A stretch of DNA of 64,000 nucleotides from Malacoraja senta (taxonomy: Eukaryota): positions 10,418,001 through 10,482,000 of the forward strand of contig CM075990.1 in NCBI GenBank assembly GCA_038087875.1, in the 5' to 3' direction. The notes under the pieces were generated by a model that worked only from the letters and a program-made list of their open reading frames with translations, made no database searches and was not told where the DNA came from. The position numbers and the translations under genes are program-made. The first letter of the stretch is position 1. Every line of letters starts with the position of its first letter. Shown here piece by piece: positions 37,458-49,779 of this stretch.

Positions 37458-38012
37458 CTGTGGAGAGTCGGTATGTCAAGGCGGACTCTCTCGAACTTTT
37501 ACAGGTGCACAGTAGAGAGCATGCTGACCGGTTGCATCGTGGCTTGGTACGGCAACCTGAGCGTCCAGGAGCAGAAAAGGCTGCAAAAAGTCGTAACTAC
37601 TGCCCAGTCCATCATCGGTTCTGACCTCCCTACCATCGAGGGGATCTATCGCAGTCGCTGCCTCAAAAAGGCTGCCAGCATCATCAAGGACCCACACCAT
37701 CCTGGCCACACACTCATCTCTCCGCTGCCATCAGGTAGAAGGTAGAGGAGCCTGAAATCTGGTACATCCAGTTTCATGAACAGCTTCTTCCCCACAGCCA
37801 TCAGGCTATTAAACACAACTTCAATCAAACTATGAACGATAACAACCTATTGCACTTTATCTGTTTACTGATGTGTGTATATATGTATTCTATTGTATAT
37901 GGACACACTGATCTGATCTGTATTTATGACTACAATATCCTGTTGTGCTGCAGCAATGCAAGAATTTCATTGTCCTATCTGGGACACATGACAATAAACT
38001 CTCTTGACTTGA
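37458..38012 (+). mobile_element. Rex/Babar-type LINE 3' fragment
   Basis: ORF 37473-37745 NFYRCTVESMLTGCIVAWYG...LPSGRR; close to 14790-15340. Confidence 0.85.
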
Positions 38013-38111
38013 TTGGACTGTGACAATGTTAAACCAATACCATTTTGTGCATCCAACTCAACAGCACTTTGCACTAACCAGGTAACGTAATTATAACATT
38101 TTACATTCGGA

Positions 38112-38355
38112 AGTTTAGTTTAGTTTAGTCTGCAGCCCACCAAGTGCACGCCAACCATAGAGCAAGTTATAGAAGAGAATTAACCTGCGAACGTGCACAT
38201 CTTTGGAATGTGGGAGGAAACTGGAGTACCAGGAAAAAAACCACGCAATCACAGGGAGAGTGTACAAACTGCACACAGACACCACCTGTAGTCAGGATCG
38301 AACTGCACCCAGGTCTCTGGCACCGTGAGACAGCAGCTCTACTGCTGTGCCACTG
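38112..38355 (-). mobile_element. SINE (internally deleted)
   Basis: (gttta)n tail, tacaaactgcacacagac, cagcagctctactgctgtgcc. Confidence 0.7.
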
Positions 38356-38773
38356 AAGTGTTTGGCACCTGGTATCAATTGGCAGAGCACTGCAGCTCTG
38401 CACCTAGCCTATAAATGTTGCTGTACTGTAGATTTTGACAGATTAAATCACCTTTTTCATCACATTTAAATCTCTCCCCAGTTGCAAATATTCCTGAATA
38501 TTTTTTGCATGAAAAGAGCAAAAGTTATATACAATCGGTTTAGATCTTGTATGGTCAGCATCCTGATAATAAAATGGTGCCAAATGCTACACTTAGTTTT
38601 TTCGAGTCGTCAAGTTGAAGTTATTATCATGTGCATCAGTACAGCTACAATGAACATTTTGCTTGCAGCAGCAACACAGACTCAAGACAACACATTAAAA
38701 AGCATAAATTATGTGTAAATTCTGCAAAACGGTAAAAGCAAAGAGACTGTGCAAAAAAAAACCCAAGACATCT

Positions 38774-39110
38774 GGGCGGCACTGTGGCGCAGCGGTAGAG
38801 TTGCTGCCTCACTGCGCCAGAGACCTGGGTTTGATCCTGAATATGGGTGTTGTCTGTGCGGAGTTTGTACGTTCTCCCACTGACCATCTTGGGTTTTCCC
38901 CGGATGCATCAGTTTCCTCCCACACTCCAAAGACATACAGGTTTGTACGTGAATTGGTTTTGGTAAAGATTGTAAATTGTCCCTAGTGTGTGTGGGATAG
39001 TGCTAGTGCGCGGGGATCGCTGGGCGGCGCGGACTCGGTGGGCCGAAGGGCCTGCTTCCGCGCTGTATCACTAAACTACACTAAATTAAACTAAACTAAA
39101 CTAAACTAAA
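38774..39110 (+). mobile_element. Full-length tRNA-derived SINE with CR1-like tail
   Basis: A-box tggcgcagcgg (38785-38795), B-box-like ggtttgatcc, tail gggccgaagggcctg...(taaac)n. Confidence 0.9.
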
Positions 39111-39619
39111 CAAGACAGGATAAGGAGGAGTGCTCCTTCAAATGAGGCAACATGTTAGTCTGGTACAGTGGTTGCAAGAAAACAGAGTGGGAAGAATATT
39201 TAGGCTTGACAAAGGCTATTGTGTTGGAGAAAATGACAGACAAAATGGCCACCTCCATATGCTGTTCCTCACTAGTCTGTGTATGCAATATCCAAATTTA
39301 TCATAGTAACAAATGCATAAATATCTGCCCCATCACCCTTGTGCTGTTTTGCCGAAGTGTAGTTACATCATTGTTTTATCTAAAAAGGCAACGGGAAAAT
39401 GCCTTGAAAGCAATTCAGTAATTTTAATCAAAAGCAAAAAGTGCTCCAAATACTCAGCAGAAGGTGCCACATCTGTGGGAAGAGAAACAGAATCAATGTT
39501 TCAGTTTGACAACCCTTTGTCAGAACTGGGAAGGAGACTAAAAAGCTGTGGGGATGGTGGGGAGAAGCATGGGGATATGTATAAACAAGATTAAAATGGA
39601 ACATAGTACAGTACAGCAT

Positions 39620-40220
39620 AGGAATGAAGAGTCTCCTCCACAGTTGAAGTACTAGGGAACTGGGGAGTATCTAATGTTGTTCCTTTGTTTAAAAGGGAAG
39701 TAGGGAGAATCCAGGGAATTATAGGCTGGTCAGTGGTAGGGAAGCTTTTGGAAAGTATTCTTCAGATAGGTTTTTACTCCCATTTGGAGGAAAATGGGTT
39801 AATTAGGGACACTCAGCATGGTTTTGTATATGGCAGGATGTGCCTCCATATACAAAACTTCATTGTATGTGACTTCATTGAGTTTTTTGAGGAGGTGATG
39901 AAGGTGATTGATGAGGGTTGGTGGTGGATGTTAACTACATGGCATTTGCTAAAGTCCCCATGGTAGGCTGATCTAGAAGATTAGGAGTTATTTAAGAAAG
40001 AACTGCAGGTGCTGGAAAAATCGAAGGTAGACAAAAATGCTGGAGAAACTCAGCGGGTGGGTCTCAGCGACCCTTCTCTCGACCCGAAACGTTGCCTATT
40101 CCTTCGCTCCATAGATGCTGCCTCACCCGCTGAGTTTCTCCAGTATTTTTGTCTACCTTTGAAGATTAAGATGCGTGGGATTAACAGTGACTTGGTCGCA
40201 TAGACTCAGAACTGGCTTAC
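39620..40220 (+). mobile_element. Old CR1 RT fragment with nested fold-back PLE (39987-40160)
   Basis: SVVGKLLESIL...QHGF...IEFFEEV peptide; TSD gaagatta(g/a)ga at 39976-39986 and 40161-40171. Confidence 0.8.
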
Positions 40221-40368
40221 TGATGTGTTCCAGGCCCCCACTACCTCCTGTGTAAAAACAACTTTCCCCAGCACATCTTCAGTAAACTTCCCCCCTCCCA
40301 TCTTAAAGCTATGACCTCTAGTGTTGGATATTTACACCCTGTGGAAAAGGTTCTGCCTGTCCACCCTA

Positions 40369-41141
40369 TTCAATACAATTTATTTGTCTTTTGGACAAAT
40401 TTGTCATTTGGACCCCTTGAGGTCCAAACGAAATGTCGTTTCTGCAGCCATACATTACAAAACGAAAAAAGACCCGAGACACAACACAATTTACACATAC
40501 ATCCATCACAGCGCTGTGATGGAAGGCAAAAAAAACGTATCTTTCCACTGCACTCCCCCCCCCCCCCGATGTCAGAGTCAAAGTCAAAGCCCCCGGCGGG
40601 CGATGGTGATTATCCCGCGGCCATTAAAGCCACGCCGGTTAATGCAGGGTCGCGCACCGGGTCTTGGTGTTAGAGCCCCGGTGCGCGCTCGCAAAGTCCG
40701 GCGGCCATTCCAAGCCGCGCGGGGGGATAAAGCCCCGCTCCAGGTGCTCTTCAACCCCGCAACTCAGGCGGGAGAAGTCGCCGCTGCGGAAGCCCCGAAA
40801 AGCGGTCTCCCACCAGGGACCCGCGGGCTTCCTGTGTTGCCGTCCGCCAGACCCGCGGTTGTAGCCTCTGAATCTCCGGGGCTCCACAGCTCCACAACTG
40901 TCCACAACAGCCCCAGGTCGTTCCTGCTGGAGGCCGCTCCACGTTGCCCAGCCCCAACGACAACGGAGACCCGACAAAGAAAAGGTCGGGTCTCCCGTGC
41001 AGGGGAAAGATTTTAAAGTTCCCCCCCCACACACATACCCCGACAAAAAAATAATAAAAAACTACATAAAAACGAGACAAAAAATAATAAAAGACAGACG
41101 GACTGCAGAGGCCGCTGCAAACAAGAGTCGCGCCGCCCACC
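40369..41141 (-). mobile_element. GC-rich non-coding retroposon-like element with LINE-type tail
   Basis: Interrupts a minus-strand CR1 fragment (ccaccctat|...|ctatgcctctcata); ends gacaaataaattgtattg; several hairpins. Confidence 0.65.
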
Positions 41142-41432
41142 GAATGCCTCTCTATGCCTCTCATAAACCTATATACTTCTATCAACCTCCTCTCAACGTC
41201 CGACATTGCAGAGAAAACAATCGAAGGTTATCCACCTTTTCCAACTGGAGCTGAGACGTTCTATTCCAGCCAGCGTTCTGATAAGGTAATGGTGGGTTGG
41301 AAGATCAGGACCAGGGAGAACTCTATCCTTGTTCTGACCTGGAGGAGAGGCATTGAGAGCAAAAGTGAAGGGAATGGTTGAGATGCAGTCAAGCGGTTTG
41401 TGGAGGGAAAGCGACAGTTCAGGAAGAAGGAA

Positions 41433-43141
41433 GGAAGACATAAATAATCTGCCGGAAATAGCAGGGGACCGCGGGTCAAAGGAGTTGGAGGAATTGAGTG
41501 AAATCCAGGTTAGTCGGGAAGTGGTGTAGGGTAAATTGAATGGATTAAAGGCCGATAAATCCCCAGGGCCAGATAGGCTGCATCCCAGAGTACTTAAGGA
41601 AGTAGCTCCAGAAATAGTGGATGCATTAGTAATAATTTTTCAAAACTCTTTAGATTCTGGAGTAGTTCCTGAGGATTGGAGGGTAGCAAACGTAACCCCA
41701 CTTTTTAAGAAGGGAGGGAGAGAGAAAACGGGGAATTACAGACCAGTTAGTCTAACATCGGTAGTGGGGAAACTGCTAGAGTCAGTTATTAAAGATGGGA
41801 TAGCAGCACATTTGGAAAGTGGTGAAATCATTGGACAAAGTCAGCATGGATTTACAAAAGGTAAATCATGTCTGACGAATCTTATAGAATTTTTCGAGGA
41901 TGTAACTAGTAGCGTGGATAGGGGAGAACCAGTGGATGTGGTGTATCTGGACTTCCAGAAGGCTTTCGACAAGGTCCCACATAAGAGATTAGTATACAAA
42001 CTTAAAGCACATGGCATTGGGGGTTCAGTATTGATGTGGATAGAGAACTGGCTGGTAAACAGAAAGCAAAGAGTAGGAGTAAACGGGTCCTTTTCACAAT
42101 GGCAGGCAGTGACTAGTGGGGTACCGCAAGGCTCAGTGCTGGGACCCCAGCTATTTATAATATATATTAATGACCTGGATGAGGGAATTGAAGCCAATAT
42201 CTCCAAGTTTGCAGATGACACTAAGCTGGGGGGCAGTGTTAGCTGTGAGGAGGATGCTAGGAGACTGCAAGGTGACTTGGATAGGCTGGGTGAGTGGGCA
42301 AATGTTTGGCAGATGCAGTATAATGTGGATAAATGTGAGGTTATCCATTTTGGTGGCAAAAACAGGAAAGCAGACTATTATCTAAATGGTGGCCGACTAG
42401 GAAAAGGGGAGATGCAGCGAGACCTGGGTGTCATGGTACACCAGTCATTGAAAGTAGGCATGCAGGTGCAGCAGGCAATGAAGAAAGCGAATGGTATGTT
42501 AGCTTTCATAGCAAAAGGATTTGAGTATAGGAGCAGGGAGTTTCTACTGCAGTTGTACAGGGTCTTGGTGAGACCACACCTGGAGTATTGCGTACAGTTT
42601 TGGTCTCCAAATCTGAGGAAGAACATTATTGCCATCGAGGGAGTGCAGAGAAGGTTCACCAGACTGATTCCTGGGATGTCAGGACTGTCTTATGAAGAAA
42701 GACTGGATAGACTTGGTTTATACTCTCTAGAATTTAGGAGATTGAGAGGGGATCTTATAGAAACTTACAAATTTCTTAAGGGGTTGGACAGGCTAGATGC
42801 AGGAAGATTGCTCCCGATGTTGGGGAAGTCCAGGACAAGGGGTCACAGCTTAAGGATAAGGGGGAAATCCTTTAAAACCGAGATGAGAAGAACTTTTTTC
42901 ACACAGAGAGTGGTGAATCTCTGGAACTCTCTGCCACAGAGGGTAGTCGAGGCCAGATCATTGGCTATATTTAAGAGGGAGTTAGATGTGGCCCTTGTGG
43001 CTAAAGGGATCAGAAGGTATGGAGAGAAGGCAGGTACGGGATACTGAGTTGGATGATCAGCCATGATCATATTGAATGGCGGTGCAGGCTCGAAGGGCCG
43101 AATGGCCTACTCCTGCACCTAATTTCTATGTCTATGTTTCT
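41433..43141 (+). mobile_element. Young 5'-truncated CR1 LINE
   Basis: RT ORF plus 3' UTR; flanking direct repeat aagaaggaa at 41424-41432 and 43142-43150. Confidence 0.95.
41536..43047 (+). pseudogene. CR1 ORF2 reverse transcriptase domain (503 aa open, lacks endonuclease)
   Basis: KSPGPD, NYRPVSLTS, QHGF, YLDFQKAFDKV, GVPQGSVLGP, FADDTKL motifs; in-frame TAG just upstream at 41527-41529. Confidence 0.95.
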
Positions 43142-44416
43142 AAGAAGGAAAACATTTCAGAACCACATGTTCGGAAATTATAAATGCCAATATGAAATCA
43201 GAGTGTTGAAATGTTCAGCAGTTCAGTCAGTCTCTATTGATAGAGAATCAGAGTTAGCAACTCAGATCTTTTCCAACATCCTCAGAATTCTGCTGCATGA
43301 AATCCTGCCTTCTGACATTGATAGAGGCAAATACACACGCATAAAACATACAGGCTTATGTAGATTTATTTGACACCCAATCTTTCAATAGTAAATTATT
43401 CTGCTGCTATCATTCCCTTCACCTCCGTGGGATTAAATTAAAGTTATGACTGCAATACATCATTGCTGAAAATAACCAAGAAAGAAAAGGTTACCCTTAT
43501 AAATCTTTACAATTATTATACTATAAATGGGTTTTTTTTAATTCACAAAATTTTCAAATATCCTTGTAAAGTTTTCTGCAAAATGACTACATCAACAGAA
43601 AGTAACTGGCACAGTTCCTTTAAATGTATTTAAGAAATGCAGCCAATGTAAACAGACCTGATACGCTTTGGAAATAAGGTAATGACATTTATTAAGGGAA
43701 GTAGTATGTAATATGAAAGAATGAATGAGAAATAGCTTAGTATCCATTTAGGGTCTATAACATTTCAATGGGAAACTGTAGCATTAAAGTCAAGTACTTA
43801 TTTCTTTGCTTATTGAAGGAAGTAACAATGGTCTCTCCACAGACTTGCTGTAGTACATATAATAATATTATTCTGCTGTCTGTACTCTGTCTTCTACTAT
43901 TCCATGGCCCTTTTTGATATCAGCCTGCTCTGTAACGAAGTCTGTGCATTTCAAGCTGAGGAATGTAGACAGGCCTCCTGAATGTTAATCTGATAACTAC
44001 TGACATTTAACCCACTTAGATTGACATTGGGAGCTCTGTACCATGTCAAGAAATTGTCATGGCTTATCATTTTTCACGTTGTTTATAATTTGCAATGTGG
44101 TCCGTGTATTTCTGAATTACAGATAAATGGCCGGAAAAATCTGGGCAGATTTCAGTCTCTACGTTCAATGCTGCCTCAGGCATCATGCTGTTATAACCCA
44201 GAATCTGAGCCAACCTGGTACAACATAATTTAGCAACTCTTTGCACTGTGGGATCTGGAAAGTTGGCTAAAAACGGGGGGCAACTGATAAAGAAAATCCA
44301 GAAGAATTTAAGAGGAAATGCTGGCAGTACCATGCCAAACTCCTGTCATTTGCTTCTGGATATTTTGCTTCTGCATATTTTTCAATCTATGACAATGAGG
44401 GGATTGTGATCTGATA

Positions 44417-45235
44417 TTAGTTTAGTTTAGTTTATTGTCATGTGCAGTGATGGAAATGGGGGGGTAGGCAGGGGGACGGTGTTCCCCTACTTTTCCGTTT
44501 CCAGTTTTTGTCCAATTTGTGTACTAGAAGGGTCAGAAACGTTTATTAGCTATCCTCATAGCTGCCAAGTAGTACGGATTTTCCGTATTTCGTACGGAAA
44601 TGCATTACGAATACGGAAATACGAGTTCACGTTCTTAAATACTTTTTTTTTTTTTAAACATTCGCGTTGTTAAATACGGATTTTTTTTTTAAACGACCAT
44701 GGATAATCGTTACAATGAGTCACCGCTGCACCGGCCATGAGATGAAAACGATTTGTTAACTACCACTGTTAGCACTTGTTAACAGCCAGTAGTTAACACG
44801 TAGTTATACAATGTGTCACCAATACATCGATCCACATTCCTCAGTAAGTGTAATTGTGTTTTGACCAAGTATTAAAGACGCTACGTTCCTTGCGTACCAA
44901 GGTACAGTGTACCAAGGTGCAGTGAAAAGTTTTTGTTGTTGCGTGCTATCCAGTCAGCGGAAAGACGATACATGGTTACAATGAAGCCGCCCACAGTGTA
45001 CCGATTCAGGATAAGGGAATAACGTTTATAGCAAGATAAAGTCCATGAAATCTGATCAAAGAAAGTCCAAGGGTCACCAATGAGGTATTTACTGTAGTAG
45101 TTCAGGATTGCTCTCTAGTTGTGGTAGGATTGCTCAGTTGCCTGATAACAGCTGGGAAAAAACTGCCCCTGAATCTGGAGATATTTGTTTTCACGCTTCT
45201 GTACCTCTTGCCTGATGGGAGAGGGGAGAAGAGAA
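44417..45235 (-). mobile_element. Rex/Babar-type LINE 3' fragment, interrupted at 44445-44893
   Basis: (gttta)n-tttattgtcatgtg...gtaccaaggtgcagtgaaaag...ctgtacctcttgcctgatggga (LPSGKRYRS on minus). Confidence 0.75.
44445..44893. mobile_element. One-ended DNA transposon fragment (hAT-like terminus)
   Basis: Starts cagtgatggaaatggg; subterminal tacgga/tccgta repeats; no matching second TIR or TSD. Confidence 0.45.
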
Positions 45236-45910
45236 GAGGAGCTTTTATCATAGCATGGCTATTAGTGGATGTAGGAAGGGGAGTGTTGGTGACTTAGTAA
45301 CCATAGTTGGAAATAATGGCATGCAGCTGAAATGTCAGTAGTAACAGAAGACCATTGAGTTCTGACCCTCATCTATCTCATGAGGTCATAATGCTTCTTC
45401 CTATCCTTCCCTTATTTATTTGTATGTGGCTCCCAACTATCACTTCAGTTCCTATTGTTGCAATGTTGCACTTGGTACCCTTCATGCTTCTGATACAAAG
45501 GACTTTGCTCCTGTGGATAATTCCCTCCATAGATATTTCCATTTTTTTGCATTGGGATTTGAAAACACACTTCCTCGCCAATTCCCGCCTCCCTGTACAA
45601 TATTTTTGAAGCAGGAAGAATTCTCAAGTTGCAGCAACGGTGGGTATGTGTTGAGCAGGTTCCTTTCCAAACGGTAACACAGCTCGCAGCTCCAGCGACC
45701 TAGGTTCAATCCTGACCAAGAGTGCTGTCGTTTATACTTTTTATGTTCTCCCGATTATTGCATGGGTTTTCTCCGGGTGCTCTCGTTTTCTCCATCATTC
45801 CAGGTTGGCGATTTAGTGGGTCACAGTAAATTATCAATAGTATGTAAGAGTGATGGAATCCATGGGAATGTGGAGAGAATAATATGAGATTAGTGTTAGA
45901 TTAATGTAAA

Positions 45911-45990
45911 TGGTGACCTCATGGAAATCTTGGGTGGTGGGCAAGGTCACCAGAGGTTGCTGTTTAGGTCTCCTAAGTGGGACAGGGGCT
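45911..45990. mobile_element. Truncated Harbinger-type MITE (single TIR)
   Basis: Ends aagtgggacaggggct|TTA, the same terminus as the other MITEs. Confidence 0.6.
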
Positions 45991-46562
45991 TTACAGCGCT
46001 TACAGTGCCAGAGACCCGGGTTCGACAGGGTGCTGTCTGTACAAAGTTTGTACGTTCTCCCTGTGACCGTGTTGGTTTTCTGCAAGATCCTCAGTTTCCT
46101 TACACAATCCAAAGACATACAGGTTTGTAGGTTCACAAAAATGCTGGAGAAACTCAGCGGGTGCAGCAGCATCTATGGAGCGAAGGAAATAGGTAACGTT
46201 TCGGGCCGAAACCCTTCTTCTGAAGAAGGGTTTCGGCCCGAAACGTTACCTAAGGGTTTCGGGCCGAAACCCTTCTTCTGAAGAAGGGTTTCGGCCCGAA
46301 ACGTTACCTATTTCCTTCGCTCCATAGATGCTGCTGCACCCGCTGAGTTTCTCCAGCATTTTTGTGTACCTTCGATTTTCCAGCATCTGCAGTTCCTTCT
46401 TTAACAGGTTTGTAGGTTAATTGGCTTGGTATAATTGTAAATTGTCCCCAGTGTGTGTAGCATGGTGTTACTGTGCGGGGATCGCTGGTTGGTGTGGACT
46501 CGTAGGGCGGAAGTGCCTGTTTCCACACTGTATCTCTAAACTAAACTAAATTAAACTAAACT
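45991..46562 (+). mobile_element. SINE interrupted by palindromic PLE
   Basis: gagacccgggttcga B-box, SINE core and (taaac)n tail. Confidence 0.8.
46134..46403. mobile_element. Palindromic PLE insertion with duplicated centre
   Basis: Exact inverted arms; 15-bp TSD acaggtttgtaggtt at 46119-46133 and 46404-46418. Confidence 0.92.
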
Positions 46563-47172
46563 TAGTAAATATAAAGAGTGAACTGATTTCCAGAAGAACT
46601 CCAGTACTGATCTGCTTCTGATTAATTTGTAGGTGCGCCATTAATTTCACTAAGGTGCAATTCTATTGCAAGTATCTTGAGAAGCAAAATGTAGATAAGA
46701 TCCATTATTTTCATGCATCTCGTTGACAAACAGTTCCAAACTCAAATAAGATGGGGTTTTTCACCCAGGAAACCAGAGTAAGGAGTTCATAAGGTAGCAG
46801 GAAGCAGAGGTTATCTGATCATGTTGGAGGCAGAAAATGGTTTTTAAAAGGTTTATTTACCTTATGGGGATCTGTGATCACTGGCATTGCCAGCATTTTT
46901 TTGTCCTTTGGAAGATGATGGTGAAATATTGTCTTGAATCTTCTCTGGTGAAAGTGCTCCACCTAAACTACCCGATCTGGAGTTCCAGAATTTAGACCCA
47001 GTTGCCTTGAAAGACCTATGATTATATATTTCAAAGTCAGACTAGTGTGAGTGTTGGAGAGGTGCTTGTGGATGGTAGTGTTCCAAGGTGCCTGAAAATC
47101 TTGCCTTGGTTTGTAATAATGGTCATATATTTTGAACGTATTGTTATAGTTCATTGGACAAGTAACTGTTAA

Positions 47173-47582
47173 AGGACCTGTCCCACTTTCCCGAGTTATT
47201 CACGAATTCTCCCGAGTTTTCCACTTGATTCAAACTCGCAGAATATTTCATAACGGGTCCGTAGGAGGCCGTAGCGAGTCCGTGGATATATCGTAGCGGC
47301 TCGCTATGCCAGCCGTAGGTACTTGGGGCATCAGGTAAGTCGGGACATTTTTTCCAGCATGACAAATAATGGCCACGAGTAAAAAAATACTGGATGCCCC
47401 GAGTACCTACGAGGATGCCCCGAGTACCTACGGCTGGCATAACGAGCCGCTACGATATACCTACAGACTCCTACGGACCCGTTACGAACATTCTGCAAGT
47501 TTGAATCAAGGGGAAAACTCGGGAGAATTCGTGAATAACTCGGGACAATTTGTGAATAACTCATGAAATTGGGACAGGCCCT
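47173..47582. mobile_element. PIF/Harbinger-type MITE (family C), almost entirely palindromic
   Basis: aggacctgtcccac...gggacaggccct; TAA TSD at 47170-47172 and 47583-47585. Confidence 0.9.
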
Positions 47583-49779
47583 TAATCATTTTGTGGGTGG
47601 TACACACTGCAGCCACACTGCAGCCAATGATAGAGAGAATGAATGCGATAGATGAGTGCCAGTGAAACAGGGTACTTTGTCCTGAATGGTATTAAGTTCC
47701 TTCACAATGCAATTTCAAATGCATAATGCTGAAAAAACTGCGATATCCAATTGAATTTCCAGGCACATATAAAAAGAATGATAAATGTACGTGTTCCAAA
47801 TTATGAATTTCATTTGGTTTATAAGGAAGGTGAGAGTTTAAGTGGGGAAATATTTGAAACCCTTGAGTGCTGGGTTCGATACTTCCTGACAGATGTTAGG
47901 CTCCTGAGTAAATTGACTTTAGCCTGACTCAAGCCAATTATTACTACAAATCTGCAGCAGAGTGCTACAAATAACTTGGCACAAAACTGAGAATATAACT
48001 TAAAAACATTGTAAAGGAGCCACAATAGAAATGTAGTACTAGTCCAGTAGTAGTCCATAAAGGGGCCTAGACCAAGACATCTGTGACCTGTGAGTGGTTG
48101 ATGTTATAATGAATCAGTCTACAATATTTAAATCTTGAAGAAAACACAATCTTGTAAATAAGGAGCATCTTTGAACAAATATATTTGAACATCCTTCACT
48201 GTTTTGAGATTTGTATTTAGAAAATCTATTGCAATTGTCTTCAATATAATGTCAATGTACTGTATTAATACTGTATCTACCAGCTATGGAAACTCAATCA
48301 ATAACATTCTCTCTATAATACATATGTTTCATGGAGAAAATGCCTTTCTATGATTACGCTACTCCAGAGAGTAGAATTATAGCCTGTAACTTACATCCAA
48401 GTCACGTTTAATATTTGTCAGTTTGTTGTTACTTAAGTTTTATTTCCTTTCAAAATTTAAATTATGTGCTTCCAATAAGTACAACTTTTAGAGGAAACTG
48501 CCTTCATTTTCCTGTGTGATTTCTGTCCTCCTGAATGTCAGAAGAGTCAGAAATTGAAAGCTATTAATTACATACAGTGCGCTGGTCCTTATAAACTGGA
48601 GGCAGCAGGAAACTCATTGTTGTACCTATGAGATATAATAAAAAATGATACACCTACTTTAAATTTGTTTTACTGAAATTAAAGTTACCAACCCAATAGT
48701 ATTGATAGGGACTGCATGGAGGTTACACAGTGAGCAGGGTGGGGGGAGAGTTTTCAACTTGGCATCAAATTACAATAAAAGCCTATTTTAAAGGTATCCG
48801 GATTGATCATAGGGTTCATTATCCCAGCTTACCTGTGACTAAAGATCTAATACGTCAAATTGCTTTTGAGGTTCATGAGTATAATACATTCTTATATGAA
48901 GCATATTTCACAAAGATGTGGCCATAGATTTAAATGATCATGATTAAGATTTCCATCTTATCTAAGTTTCCCATTTAAATGCAGATTTTTGTCTTGGTTT
49001 TTGGATGAGGAAGTTCCTTTTAATCAGTCCAACTAATGTGGATTCCAAGCATTCAGAGAAATTGTTTTATTTCCACTGTAAATTGCATTCATTCCTGGAA
49101 TCCAGGAAGCCTTCATTTACCCCTTCATGTAATCTGTAATTGAAGAGCATCTTAATTTTATAGATAGATCAGGATTAGATTCATGAAGAAACATGTACAA
49201 GTAGGTGTTCACTTTAGGTTCTGAAGTGTAACTAGAATACTGAAGATACCAATCATAAGAATAATCCCAAAGTTCTATTGGTTTTAATGGGAAATTCCAC
49301 AGCATTGAGGAGCAGCTAGGAATTCTCCAATGATCAGGACTACTGGTCATTGGGGACCCCTGCCATCCATCACCCCACACCCAATCAAACGGCTAGAGTA
49401 TAATATTGCAAGCGCAAGACAGTAACCCTCTTGTGTTTGTTAACCCTGAGACTCTTAGTTTCACTGGAACCTCCCACTTTGATTTGGCCCATGCTCTTCA
49501 TTGTCCAACTCCACATGTTCATCTGCACCCTCAACTAGGATTACGTTGGAGGTTTTTGGGTAAATATTCAGAACCCTATGAAGAGAGTGCATGCTATTGA
49601 AGGAGCATCATGATAAGGACCTAACCCTAGAATTAACAATGTATTATTGTTCATCAAAATGCCACATGGAAAGTTTCTCAGTTGTCTCTTCCCAATGGCC
49701 AAAGAGCAGCACCCAAAGTTATATTGTGGATTCTTCCCATGAAAAATCACAATGAACTTCATCAGCATCGAACATTTAA

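Noticed and set aside
38774..38850. tRNA gene
   Set aside because: A/B boxes belong to a SINE head that continues into SINE body and tail; no complete cloverleaf or oligo-T terminator
40311..41254. Cluster of 120-231 aa ORFs on both strands
   Set aside because: Explained by the GC-richness of a non-coding insert; no motifs
41841..42659. Antisense ORFs over the CR1 RT
   Set aside because: Shadow ORFs of the sense reading frame
46191..46310. Repeated palindromic units resembling a CRISPR array
   Set aside because: No unique spacers, eukaryotic context, and fully explained as a PLE fold-back
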